Counted from the stretch's first letter, positions 26,993 through 36,214 are shown. The stretch: 47,024 nucleotides of DNA from Nanobdellota archaeon (GCA_043814765.1 JBDRJQ010000037.1:1-47024), one strand, 5' to 3'. Notes: a model not told the origin generated them from the sequence alone. Numbers and translations: made by a program.

Positions 26993-27670
26993 ATGAAGGC
27001 ACAGTCAGATATATCTCCATGGGTTTTGTTCAGATTCCTTGTAGCAATTCTTGCTATTTTCAGCCTCATAATAATTATAGATTCTCTTGCCTTTTCGCTT
27101 CAGGGAGCTTCATGGACTCAGTTAAAGACAGAACTTGGTGACATAAGAGACAAATTTAGTTTTGGTAATGCGGCTACTCAAAAACCAGTAACAATAACCT
27201 CCATTGTTGCTAAAGTAGCTTTTGTTAACAGGGATGAGATATCATACATAATAGATGATGCTGATCTTAACAAAGAACTGAATTGCCCTGATGCTGATAT
27301 GTTTATAATAGCCTTTCCTTGCATAGAAGATTTTAGTCTTCCTGATATTGGGAATCCTGAAAAAGTTCAGGCTTATATAAAACAAACAGCTGGCGTTAAG
27401 AGGCCTCTCTGCTATGGCCTTCAGTTAAAAAAATGTCAGAACCAATATATAAACCAACCGCCTGTATGCACATCTTATTTTGTTTATGATACTGACAACA
27501 TACCTGAGATTAACGGTGACTGTGAAACCCGCTCACCAACAGAGGTAACAGTTACATTGAATCCTTTAGTCACAGATACTGGTGAAAAACAGTATCCTTA
27601 TTGCATTATTATGACTAGTGATGATGGTTCAGTAGATTACGATAGCTGTTCTGGTTACACAATGACATGA
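26993..27670 (+). CDS. Minor pilin-like protein with a Cys-rich globular domain
   Basis: MKA|QSDISPW + TM helix; 8 Cys. Confidence 0.72.
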   Translation: MKAQSDISPWVLFRFLVAILAIFSLIIIIDSLAFSLQGASWTQLKTELGDIRDKFSFGNAATQKPVTITSIVAKVAFVNRDEISYIIDDADLNKELNCPDADMFIIAFPCIEDFSLPDIGNPEKVQAYIKQTAGVKRPLCYGLQLKKCQNQYINQPPVCTSYFVYDTDNIPEINGDCETRSPTEVTVTLNPLVTDTGEKQYPYCIIMTSDDGSVDYDSCSGYTMT

Positions 27671-27681
27671 GGTGATTTTTT

Positions 27682-28131
27682 GTGGAAGCAATAAAACATA
27701 TTATAACTTTGGTGGCATTTTTAATGCTATTTATAATATCGCTTACTTTTATCTCTTCAATGATTTTAAAGAGTTTCGCTGTTCAGAGCGAACTAGAAAA
27801 ATCATTAATGGTATATACATTAAGTTCTACTGCAAACAGTTTAGCTGGTGTCGAGGAAGGTACTGTTTTTAACGAAGACTTAAAAAATGAATATGATATA
27901 AAGATTTTATGTTTTGGTAGAAGATGCAGTTTAAAAGTCAAAATTCCTGAAGAAAGTTGGACTACTAGAGCATTTGTAGGCGAACAAGAGTATGAAAGAG
28001 AATTAATGTTTTACACAAAATCTGCCTATTTCACTAATACAGATACTGTTTGTGTTGAAAAATCAGACGCTAGTACATATGTGTCAACAGACGATTACGC
28101 CATCAAAATATTGGAGAGGTGTTCAATATAA
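27682..28131 (+). CDS. Pilin-like membrane-anchored protein
   Basis: N-terminal hydrophobic helix; GAGGTGA Shine-Dalgarno before GTG. Confidence 0.68.
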   Translation: MEAIKHIITLVAFLMLFIISLTFISSMILKSFAVQSELEKSLMVYTLSSTANSLAGVEEGTVFNEDLKNEYDIKILCFGRRCSLKVKIPEESWTTRAFVGEQEYERELMFYTKSAYFTNTDTVCVEKSDASTYVSTDDYAIKILERCSI

Positions 28132-28146
28132 CGGAGGTAAATTACA

Positions 28147-28584
28147 ATGGATTTTGATGATGTAATGATAATAATTCTTCTAGCTGTGGTGCTTTTTGGA
28201 GTTGGCATTGGGATTCAAACCTTTTCTGAAAAAACACAAATGAATATACAGCTTGATATGAGACAAATGAGCTTGCTTGACAGCACAAGTATTCTCGAGG
28301 CTTGCCTCAAATCAGAAGATACGGATTATATTGATATAGAAACTCTGAGGAGTTTAGGATCAACCGCTACTGATTTTAGAGGATTTTGTGAAGGTACGGA
28401 AAGGAAGCAATTATATAATCTTCCTCAATTGGCTGGTGCTAAGGTTGTTGACCTTAAAACAAAAGAGGAATGGAAATCCATTGATTTTGACGAGCTACTT
28501 ACGCAAGAAAATACGCACACGGTTTTTGTTAACATAAATGACGATGAAACAGTTCATGTTGGAAAACTTTATGTCCAGATATAA
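28147..28584 (+). CDS. Pilin-like membrane-anchored protein
   Basis: N-terminal hydrophobic helix; GGAGGT Shine-Dalgarno; C-terminal GKLYVQI beta strand. Confidence 0.68.
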   Translation: MDFDDVMIIILLAVVLFGVGIGIQTFSEKTQMNIQLDMRQMSLLDSTSILEACLKSEDTDYIDIETLRSLGSTATDFRGFCEGTERKQLYNLPQLAGAKVVDLKTKEEWKSIDFDELLTQENTHTVFVNINDDETVHVGKLYVQI

Positions 28585-30316
28585 AAAGAGAAAGAAAGGC
28601 GTTGTGTTTCTCGCCTTTGGCATGACACATGTAGTTGTTATAGTAGTTTTGGTTATGATTCTTTTAGTAGCCTTTATATTTTTTCAGTTTTTAGCAGCAC
28701 GGAATATAGCTAACATAAGATCCAATATACAGTACACATTTACAGTAGACAAAGACGAAACATCTCTTGTATCACTTTTAGCAGCGACGTATCCAGACAA
28801 CAGGCAAATTAAATACGCAGAGTTTTTAGGATCTTTAGCAGCGAATCCATCTACGCGAAGCACGCCTGATTTCAATTCTATTCTAAGCGAAATGGGCATG
28901 GATGAATACTTGGCAATATCTGCAACACAAAGAGTTTCACAAGACTTAGCAGGTGGCAGCGGTCAGTCACATACTGTAGCAATTAATCAAATAGAAAACG
29001 TCTTGGTTATTGGTGATTCTATAACTTATCATGGAATTGATCAGCACTGTCAACCAATTGGTTCCTATACAGATGGTTATGTGGATTATCTTAATGCAAA
29101 CTCTGAAATAAATTTTAATGCAAGAGGATATATAGGATATCAAACACCTTCTATACAGTCATGTTTAAACAATAATGGACAAAGCTGTGATACAGGATCT
29201 TCTGAACTAGAACCAACTTTTAATATTGACGACTATGATACTGTAATCATATTAGCTGGCACGAATGATGTGGAAACCAGCAGAACAGCTTCAGATATAA
29301 TAGAAACCTTAAGTGAAATGTTTTCGGAAATGAAGCAACTGGATAAAAATGTTATTGCTGTTACAATTCCACCTAGAGATGGCTATAGTGATAAGATATT
29401 AGAAGTGAATCAATGGATAATGAGCGCCGAAGATACGGATTTGCGTGTAAATATTTATGATGATTTAGAATCTTCAGAAACGCCAGGAAGAATTGATGAA
29501 ACTCTCACCTCTGATGACACTTTTGTGCATCCAAATTGTGCTGGTCACAATATAATGGGACAGAAAATACTCTCAGCCATTGAAGGTACAGTATCAGCAA
29601 GCGGATTATCTTTCCAAGAATATAGTAAAATAAGTTTTCAAGACTTATCCATTTTTAGTGATATTGGAATGGAGATAGCATTACCTGGTGCAATAAAGGG
29701 AAGAACAAAATACTCAATAGGATTCGCAGATGTTCCATCGGCTACATACACTTCCGTAGCAAGAGACTTTATTATACCTTCTGATGAATTTGGAATGGCT
29801 TCTGTTGGATTGGAAACAGTTGGATCCGGTTACTGTAGACCTAGAGGAGAAGAAGGAAGCGCACGACAATATCATTATGGTTATGATTACTATGTTGCTG
29901 GAAATACACCTGTTATAGCTGTTTATTCTGGAAAAGTTGTTGCTTTAGTTTCAGATTGGGGAGGTAAAGGAAGTGCTGTTTGGATTAAAACCACACTTCC
30001 AAACAACGTTGACTTTACAGTTTCTTATGGACATATAAACATAGGTAGTGATATCACTTTCGGGAAAGAGATAAATCAAGGAGAGGAAATTGGAACAGTG
30101 TTTGATTATAGTACAGGATCAGGTTCTCATTTAGATGCAAAGATATTCTGGTGGCCTCTTGTGGGAGGAAATGAATGGTTCAAACAATCATTCGATATGG
30201 TCGATCCTAAAGAATGTTTTCACGACGAGTGTACCTTTATTGGAGCTGAACCTGAACCAGTTGATACACCTATATCAAATGAGTGTGTAACATCTATTGT
30301 TGAAACATCTAGATAA
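28571..30316 (+). CDS. Pilin-like protein carrying an SGNH/GDSL hydrolase domain and an M23 metallopeptidase domain
   Basis: KKRKKG|VVFL class III-like leader. SGNH blocks VIGDSIT, ILAGTND and DTFVHPN. M23 motifs HYGYD, TPVIAVYSGKV, YGHI, GEEIG, GSHLD. Confidence 0.85.
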   Translation: MSRYKKRKKGVVFLAFGMTHVVVIVVLVMILLVAFIFFQFLAARNIANIRSNIQYTFTVDKDETSLVSLLAATYPDNRQIKYAEFLGSLAANPSTRSTPDFNSILSEMGMDEYLAISATQRVSQDLAGGSGQSHTVAINQIENVLVIGDSITYHGIDQHCQPIGSYTDGYVDYLNANSEINFNARGYIGYQTPSIQSCLNNNGQSCDTGSSELEPTFNIDDYDTVIILAGTNDVETSRTASDIIETLSEMFSEMKQLDKNVIAVTIPPRDGYSDKILEVNQWIMSAEDTDLRVNIYDDLESSETPGRIDETLTSDDTFVHPNCAGHNIMGQKILSAIEGTVSASGLSFQEYSKISFQDLSIFSDIGMEIALPGAIKGRTKYSIGFADVPSATYTSVARDFIIPSDEFGMASVGLETVGSGYCRPRGEEGSARQYHYGYDYYVAGNTPVIAVYSGKVVALVSDWGGKGSAVWIKTTLPNNVDFTVSYGHINIGSDITFGKEINQGEEIGTVFDYSTGSGSHLDAKIFWWPLVGGNEWFKQSFDMVDPKECFHDECTFIGAEPEPVDTPISNECVTSIVETSR

Positions 30317-30330
30317 TTAAAAGTGTTAAT

Positions 30331-32226
30331 ATGAAAAGTAAAATGAAAAAAGGCATAACAAGTGTAAGTGCAATATTCTTCTTAGCCTTTATTATAGCGC
30401 TTATATTAGCTACTCTATCTGGTCTCTATGCGATGAATGTCCATTCAACAGCTGTAGAGGATCAAAGCAATATCCACTTCGATTTCTACAACTCAAAAAA
30501 TGCACTCAAAGCAGCTAAAACATATATGGAAAGCGCTCACTCCTTTTCTTTATATCAAGCAGTTTATGATAATTTCAGATTCGGTGGATACATGCCTGGA
30601 GAAGTGCCTAATTCTATTTCCAGTTCAGTCTCAGTTGATGATAAAGAATATGACATTAATTATGCTTTGTTTGGCACAGAAGATGATTTTCCTGCCTGGG
30701 AAGAAGTTATAGAAAATATAAAAACTTCCTTTAAGAATAATTTGAAAAAATACCTTGAAGACTATTATTTTTTAAACAGTTACATAGTTAGATTACCTTC
30801 CATAGACTCTTTTGATGTAAGCATTGAAGAAACTGTTAAAATAGAAGACGATAACTGTGGAGATGGAGTTGGGTGTGATCCTAATCCTGAAGTGGATGTT
30901 TTGAAACTTAAATCAACAACAACTAATGATAAGTTGGTGTTAAGCGGTACACATGAGTTGTATGGTCGAATGGAATTAAAAGAGAGCTTCTCTCTTGACA
31001 GAACATATAACATTAAAGCCAAGGGTCTTTATGAGAAAGCCAGAGAACATTTTGATACAGCAAAGCCAATGCTAACAGCTGCTAAAGATGCGGCATTGCA
31101 AGAGATAATTGATAACCCAGCTGTTTGGATACCAACAGGCAGCGGTTCTATAGACAGCATGCCAGAAGAGATATTTGCTAGTAATTTTGCTAATTTTGAT
31201 GAAAAGAAGGGTAATCTAATACAAAAACATTTTGGAGATTTCTTAAACAGTGAACCGATTGAAGAAGGGGATTACTTTATTGCCTATAATCTTGTAGTTG
31301 GTGACGTAGGTGTTGATCCGACTTGTGATAGCAGCTCTGGAACAAACATGTGTAATTTTGAATACTCAATTAACGCTGTAGTTAAGGTGGAGGTTTTTGA
31401 TAACTCGCAAACATTCCCTGTGGGTCATCATATCTTCATTGTAGAGCATCCTCTTTTCTTTAGGTTCTACTTAATGGAGGGCAATGTAGAATCAATACCA
31501 TCAGACGGTAGTGATGTAATTTCAACAAGCCTTGCAGCACCTATAACAGCACCAGATTTGGAATCATTATTTGAAACACTGGGAGCGGGTACAAAAATAT
31601 CTGTTACGCTTCCTAGTGGTAAGTATGTAACTGAAACTGTGGGAGAAGGGTTTTTAACGCCTGTTTTAACAGTAACAGAACAAAGCCTATTAGCAGCGAT
31701 GGAGCATGCAAAAACCACTTCTATATTAGGAAGAAATTGTCTTTGCGGAGATAATTGTGCTGATTATGCTAAATGGATTGTGCAGTACTCTGAAGAGATA
31801 GGCCTCAATACCTTAGGCGAAAATCCACCAGGACCATTGCTTGCACTTTCAATGATAATGCAAGAATCTAGCTGTAAAGAATTTAGCTGCAATCCTTGGG
31901 GATATGGCGGACTAATGCAAATAGATTGTAAGCCTCCTGGAGAAATTCCAAATTGGCAAAATCCAGAAACAAACATAAAAGAAGGGTTGCTGCATTTGAA
32001 GGGAAAATATGATCAGTTCAAAGACGGAAAACAGTTTACAGGAGCATGCAAAAACGATCCAAGATATATTGAACCGGTGGATAAATGGTATTACGGATGG
32101 CAGGCAGCTGTAAGAGGCTATATTGGATGGGGATGCAATGAAGATCTTCCACAACAAAATCTGTATGCAGAAGAAGTTTATCAAAGATATGATGAGCTGG
32201 CGAGCTATATTAGCTCTATAAGTTAA
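30331..32226 (+). CDS. Pilin-like protein with a C-terminal SLT lytic-transglycosylase (lysozyme-like) domain
   Basis: KMKKG|ITSV leader + TM helix. SLT motifs SMIMQESS (catalytic E), GGLMQI, NPETNIKEGLLHL, AAVRGY, YAEEV. Confidence 0.85.
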   Translation: MKSKMKKGITSVSAIFFLAFIIALILATLSGLYAMNVHSTAVEDQSNIHFDFYNSKNALKAAKTYMESAHSFSLYQAVYDNFRFGGYMPGEVPNSISSSVSVDDKEYDINYALFGTEDDFPAWEEVIENIKTSFKNNLKKYLEDYYFLNSYIVRLPSIDSFDVSIEETVKIEDDNCGDGVGCDPNPEVDVLKLKSTTTNDKLVLSGTHELYGRMELKESFSLDRTYNIKAKGLYEKAREHFDTAKPMLTAAKDAALQEIIDNPAVWIPTGSGSIDSMPEEIFASNFANFDEKKGNLIQKHFGDFLNSEPIEEGDYFIAYNLVVGDVGVDPTCDSSSGTNMCNFEYSINAVVKVEVFDNSQTFPVGHHIFIVEHPLFFRFYLMEGNVESIPSDGSDVISTSLAAPITAPDLESLFETLGAGTKISVTLPSGKYVTETVGEGFLTPVLTVTEQSLLAAMEHAKTTSILGRNCLCGDNCADYAKWIVQYSEEIGLNTLGENPPGPLLALSMIMQESSCKEFSCNPWGYGGLMQIDCKPPGEIPNWQNPETNIKEGLLHLKGKYDQFKDGKQFTGACKNDPRYIEPVDKWYYGWQAAVRGYIGWGCNEDLPQQNLYAEEVYQRYDELASYISSIS

Positions 32227-32322
32227 TGCCAATTCAGAACACTTAAAAATCTTCCAATCATATTATTATAAAATAGTTACAAACTAGTTGTTTCATTGGT
32301 TTACAGTCTGGGGGTGTCAATA

Positions 32323-32625
32323 ATGACAGAAGATGATAGAGAGACAAAAAGGGTCAGGAAAGACGACAATGTTATTTTTGTTGGTAAGAAACCAACTATG
32401 AGCTACGTCCTGGCAGTCATAACTCAGTTTTCAGAAGGCATAGATGAAGTTCATATCAAGGCCAGAGGAAGATCAATATCAAGAGCAGTAGATGTTGCAG
32501 AAGTTGTTAACAACAGATTCATGCGGGATGCAAACAAAGAAGTTTCAATAGCAACAGAAAAAATAGAAGACGAGAATAAGAACAAAATAAACGTATCAAC
32601 CATCAGCATAAGAATGTACAAATAG
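32323..32625 (+). CDS. albA: Chromatin protein Alba
   Basis: IFVGKKPTMSYVLAV, IKARGRSISRAVDVAE, VSTISI. Confidence 0.96.
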   Translation: MTEDDRETKRVRKDDNVIFVGKKPTMSYVLAVITQFSEGIDEVHIKARGRSISRAVDVAEVVNNRFMRDANKEVSIATEKIEDENKNKINVSTISIRMYK

Positions 32626-32639
32626 GTTTTTGTTTCAGC

Positions 32640-32981
32640 CTATTTTTCTTTATTTTTACCAGACTTTATAGTGCCTGTTACTTTCAATGTTTGAAACAAA
32701 ACTTCATGGTCTCCTATTTGATGTATTAAAGCAAGTGCTGTTTTGACCTCATCAACTGTTTTATGTGAGCACTGCATGTATCCGCTCTGCTTCTTTCCAT
32801 CCCAGAGATTCTTTATTACCCATATATTGGCTTGGGCAGCTCCTCTTTCACCTATCCAATTAAGAACAGAGTTCATTATAGCGTCTTTTACGTTATCGAA
32901 AGTAAGATTTTCATCAGAATGGACCTTAAAGATGATATATCTTTTCCTGTTTCTCAGGCTTGGAGGCTTTTTCAACTTCAT
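32640..32981 (-). CDS. rnp2: RNase P protein Pop5/Rpp14
   Basis: PPSLRNRKRYIIF, IGERG, VTGTIK. Confidence 0.92.
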   Translation of the reverse strand: MKLKKPPSLRNRKRYIIFKVHSDENLTFDNVKDAIMNSVLNWIGERGAAQANIWVIKNLWDGKKQSGYMQCSHKTVDEVKTALALIHQIGDHEVLFQTLKVTGTIKSGKNKEK

Positions 32982-33030
32982 GTTTAAAATTAGGTTTTGT
33001 TTTTTAAGTTTGTTTCGCGAAGAATAAAAT

Positions 33031-34308
33031 ATGTTCATTCATATAGAGGAAGTGCCAAAACATGTTGGTAAGAAAGTAAACCTAAGAGGATGGGTTTACA
33101 GGCACAGAGAAGGCAAGGATATAGTTTTCCTAATTCTGCGAGACGTCTCAGGAACAATACAATGTGTTGCAAAAGAGGATATTAAGGGATTTTCAGACGC
33201 CCAGAAATCCAGCATAGAAGCTTCTGTGGAGCTTTCTGGTGTTGTGCATAAAGACAAGAGAGCGCCAACCGGTTATGAGATTGAAATCAAAGAGATAAAA
33301 CTTATCGGTTCTTCTGATAACTTTCCTATAACAGAATATCAGAGCACTGACCATCTTCTTGACGTAAGGCATTTGTGGCTAAGAAGCAGGCGCTTAACAA
33401 ACATATTCAAGATACGTTCTGAAGTTTTTGGGGCAATTGATAGTTTCTTCCGTTCTAGAGACTTTTTTGAAATACAATCACCGTCATTAACAGCAACTAC
33501 GTGTGAGGGTGCTGGGACACTCTTTGAGGTCTCATATTTTGGCAAAAAAGCCTACTTAACGCAGAGCTGGCAGCTGTACGCAGAGGCAGTGCTCCCGTCT
33601 CTCGAGAAGATATACTGCATAGCCCCCAGTTTTCGTGCAGAAAAGAGCAGAACGCGCAGGCATTTGGCTGAGTACTGGCACTGTGAAGCAGAAATGGCTT
33701 GGGTAGGAAACGAAGAGAACATGAAGATACAGGAAGAGCTGATAACTCATATTGTTCAGACAGTTCTAAGCAAGAGGAAAAAGGAATTGCTAGAGCTTGG
33801 CAGGGATCTTAAAAAATTGGAAGGAATTAAACCGCCATTCAAGAGAATAAAATACGAAGAGGCTTTGGATGCCCTAAAAAAAGACGGTTTAAAGATGAAA
33901 TGGGGGGATGATTTCGGAGTCAAGGAAGAGAAACAATTAACAACTCATTTCAATAAACCATTCTTCATTACAAACTTCCCTAAAGAAACCAAAGCATTCT
34001 ACATGAAAGAAGATCCTAAGGACAATAAAACATATCTTTGTTCTGACCTCTTGGCGCCAGAAGGATACGGAGAGATAATAGGTGCAAGTGAAAGAGAAGT
34101 GGATGTAAACAAGCTAATAGAGCGTCTAAAGAAACAGGGAGAAAAGATAAGCAACTATCAATGGTATCTCGATATAAGAAAATACGGTTCCATTCCACAC
34201 TCAGGTTTTGGTCTGGGTATAGAACGTTTAGTTATGTGGATAACAGGCATAGATCACATAAGGGACACAACGACCTTCCCAAGAACAATGACCAGGATAT
34301 ATCCTTAG
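33031..34308 (+). CDS. asnS: Asparaginyl-tRNA synthetase
   Basis: OB-fold RGWV, RHLWLRS, YLTQSWQLY, FRAEKSRTRRHLAEYWH, APEGYGEIIG, GFGLGIER. Confidence 0.94.
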   Translation: MFIHIEEVPKHVGKKVNLRGWVYRHREGKDIVFLILRDVSGTIQCVAKEDIKGFSDAQKSSIEASVELSGVVHKDKRAPTGYEIEIKEIKLIGSSDNFPITEYQSTDHLLDVRHLWLRSRRLTNIFKIRSEVFGAIDSFFRSRDFFEIQSPSLTATTCEGAGTLFEVSYFGKKAYLTQSWQLYAEAVLPSLEKIYCIAPSFRAEKSRTRRHLAEYWHCEAEMAWVGNEENMKIQEELITHIVQTVLSKRKKELLELGRDLKKLEGIKPPFKRIKYEEALDALKKDGLKMKWGDDFGVKEEKQLTTHFNKPFFITNFPKETKAFYMKEDPKDNKTYLCSDLLAPEGYGEIIGASEREVDVNKLIERLKKQGEKISNYQWYLDIRKYGSIPHSGFGLGIERLVMWITGIDHIRDTTTFPRTMTRIYP

Positions 34309-34385
34309 TACTTTTCTTTACAGGAGTTAACACTTCCTCAAGAAAAGTACTCTATTAAAGAAACGTGAAACAAAAAAAGGATATA

Positions 34386-34537
34386 TGCCGGTGGTGGGAT
34401 TTGAACCCACGATCTCCAGATTTCACGCGTATTATCATAGCACAAAAGTGCTCAACACTCATAAACACTTTATGAGTCTGGCGCCTTTTACAGAATCTCC
34501 TTTTTTAAAAGAGGTTTAACCACTAGGCCACACCGGC
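34386..34537 (-). tRNA. tRNA-Met(CAU), elongator type, with a D-loop intron (~34488-34517) and a 37/38 intron (34422-34470)
   Basis: GCCGGTG/CACCGGC-A, GCCT/AGGC D stem, CCAGA-CTCATA|A-TCTGG, GTGGG-TTCAAAT-CCCAC; 73 nt after splicing. Ile2 is not fully excluded. Confidence 0.88.
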
Positions 34538-34540
34538 AAT

Positions 34541-35182
34541 TTATGTACTTTTAAACTTTTCTTCATGTTTAGGGTTTATAAATCCTATTACATCTCTAAA
34601 CTTTATTAAATTGTTATAACCATTTGACTGTAATCTATAATTTACGTACTTCTCTTTCTTTTCACTAAAAGAATTTATTTTTATAGTTCTATAAACGTTA
34701 ACAGTCATTCCTTTACTTATTAAGAATTTTTTGATTTGTTCCAATATTATTTTAGAATTGTTTTGTATTTCTATTCTAGGATAAAGCGTACCATTATTAT
34801 TGGTTAGAACAAGCGAGCCATCCGTTGCAAAGAAACCAGAAATTATATGGTTCCAAACTTTTTTTGGAAAATGTTTACTTATTTTAATATTTTTCTTTTT
34901 TCCAATAGGAAATTCTAATGATACAAACTTATTAAAAAGTTCTTTATCACTAAAATTGATTTCTATTTTTCCAAAATCAGGCCTTTTTCTATATTTAACT
35001 TTTTTATTTCTAATTTTTGCCATTTTTGGCACAACAATTTGCTTAAAAAATGGTTCATCATCATGAATATTACATGTAACTACAATTCCTCTATATTTAC
35101 CAGATTTGGATATACATCCATCACCTGCTAAAATTCCATAAATTAAAGCAAAATCTTTATTTATATAATTTTTAATTTTCAT
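34541..35182 (-). CDS. Free-standing two-motif LAGLIDADG endonuclease
   Basis: LIYGILAGDG and IISGFFATDG, YPRIEI, IGFINPKH. Confidence 0.88.
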   Translation of the reverse strand: MKIKNYINKDFALIYGILAGDGCISKSGKYRGIVVTCNIHDDEPFFKQIVVPKMAKIRNKKVKYRKRPDFGKIEINFSDKELFNKFVSLEFPIGKKKNIKISKHFPKKVWNHIISGFFATDGSLVLTNNNGTLYPRIEIQNNSKIILEQIKKFLISKGMTVNVYRTIKINSFSEKKEKYVNYRLQSNGYNNLIKFRDVIGFINPKHEEKFKST

Positions 35183-35270
35183 AATTTGATATTAGTGAAG
35201 ACGTATTATATCATTTTAATGGAGCGATTTTGTGAGGGAAAATGATAATAAATACGTCGAACATGTTTTA

Positions 35271-35386
35271 CGGGCCCGAAGGGAGTCGAACCCCCAACCT
35301 TCCGGTTTCCTCCGAGGAGATATTGGAACCTGTGCAAGGTTCTGATGTCCGAAGCCGGACGCTCTATCCAGTTGAGCTACGAGCCC
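35271..35386 (-). tRNA. tRNA-Arg(UCG) with a 42-nt intron at 37/38 (35307-35348)
   Basis: GGGCTCG/CGGGCCC-G, TCCGG-CTTCGG|A-CCGGA; BHB central helix CTTC/GAGG. Confidence 0.93.
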
Positions 35387-35465
35387 ATAAATAATTTTAT
35401 CATTGAGTTAATAAATATACTAAAAACTGAAAAAACTAATGAAACAGAAGGTTTAACCTCCTATT

Positions 35466-36149
35466 TTAATCACAAACTGTGATTGTTCTTACCTTTTCAA
35501 CGGGTTCCTGTTCTGTTACGAATTTGCAGTCCTGCTCTGTTCTTGTTATGTCGCCACAGAATTCTTTTGTTGGTACGCTTGTGAACTCTGCCCAGATTGT
35601 TTCCTCGGCTCCTACTTCAAATTCTCTCATAGTCCTAGAAGTTTTACCTTGTTCTGGGTTTAGTGTGTATACCAGAGAACTCAGTTTCTTTGGATTGTTT
35701 TCACAATTTAGTTGTCCAGGAAGGCACTCTCTATACCAACTAATATACCATGTTCCACGCTCTTCATCTAAATTCTTTACGCCGAATTTACATGATAGTT
35801 TGTAGTTGTTACATTTGTATACCCAAGCACTTGGAACACAGCTTCCGTCTTCATTTCTTTTAGTGCAAACTCTGATCTCATTTGAACACGACTTTTCACA
35901 TTCTAGGTCATCTATGTTAGATGAGTATTCTAACGGTCTTTGTTCACACCCGTATTCTGTATAAGTCACTGGCTCGCATTCTTGTACCTTTTTATCGACG
36001 TAATCTGTATAAGTCTCCTGAATGTCTTTACAGCTGGCTTTGTCATCTCCTGTATCGTATGCAAAATAACCTGTAGCATTTAAATAACCGGTTAATGAAA
36101 ATATAGCAACAATCACCACTGCTAATAGAACCCAAGCATATTTACTCAT
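35466..36149 (-). CDS. Secreted or anchored Cys-rich surface protein
   Basis: N-terminal hydrophobic signal; 14 Cys; central VKNLD...GTW...LNPEQGK Ig/CARDB-like motif. Confidence 0.75.
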   Translation of the reverse strand: MSKYAWVLLAVVIVAIFSLTGYLNATGYFAYDTGDDKASCKDIQETYTDYVDKKVQECEPVTYTEYGCEQRPLEYSSNIDDLECEKSCSNEIRVCTKRNEDGSCVPSAWVYKCNNYKLSCKFGVKNLDEERGTWYISWYRECLPGQLNCENNPKKLSSLVYTLNPEQGKTSRTMREFEVGAEETIWAEFTSVPTKEFCGDITRTEQDCKFVTEQEPVEKVRTITVCD

Positions 36150-36214
36150 ATATAAGCTTTGGTTTAGAACGTATATATATCTTAGATTAAAGCATTAAAC
36201 ATAGGCGATGCATA

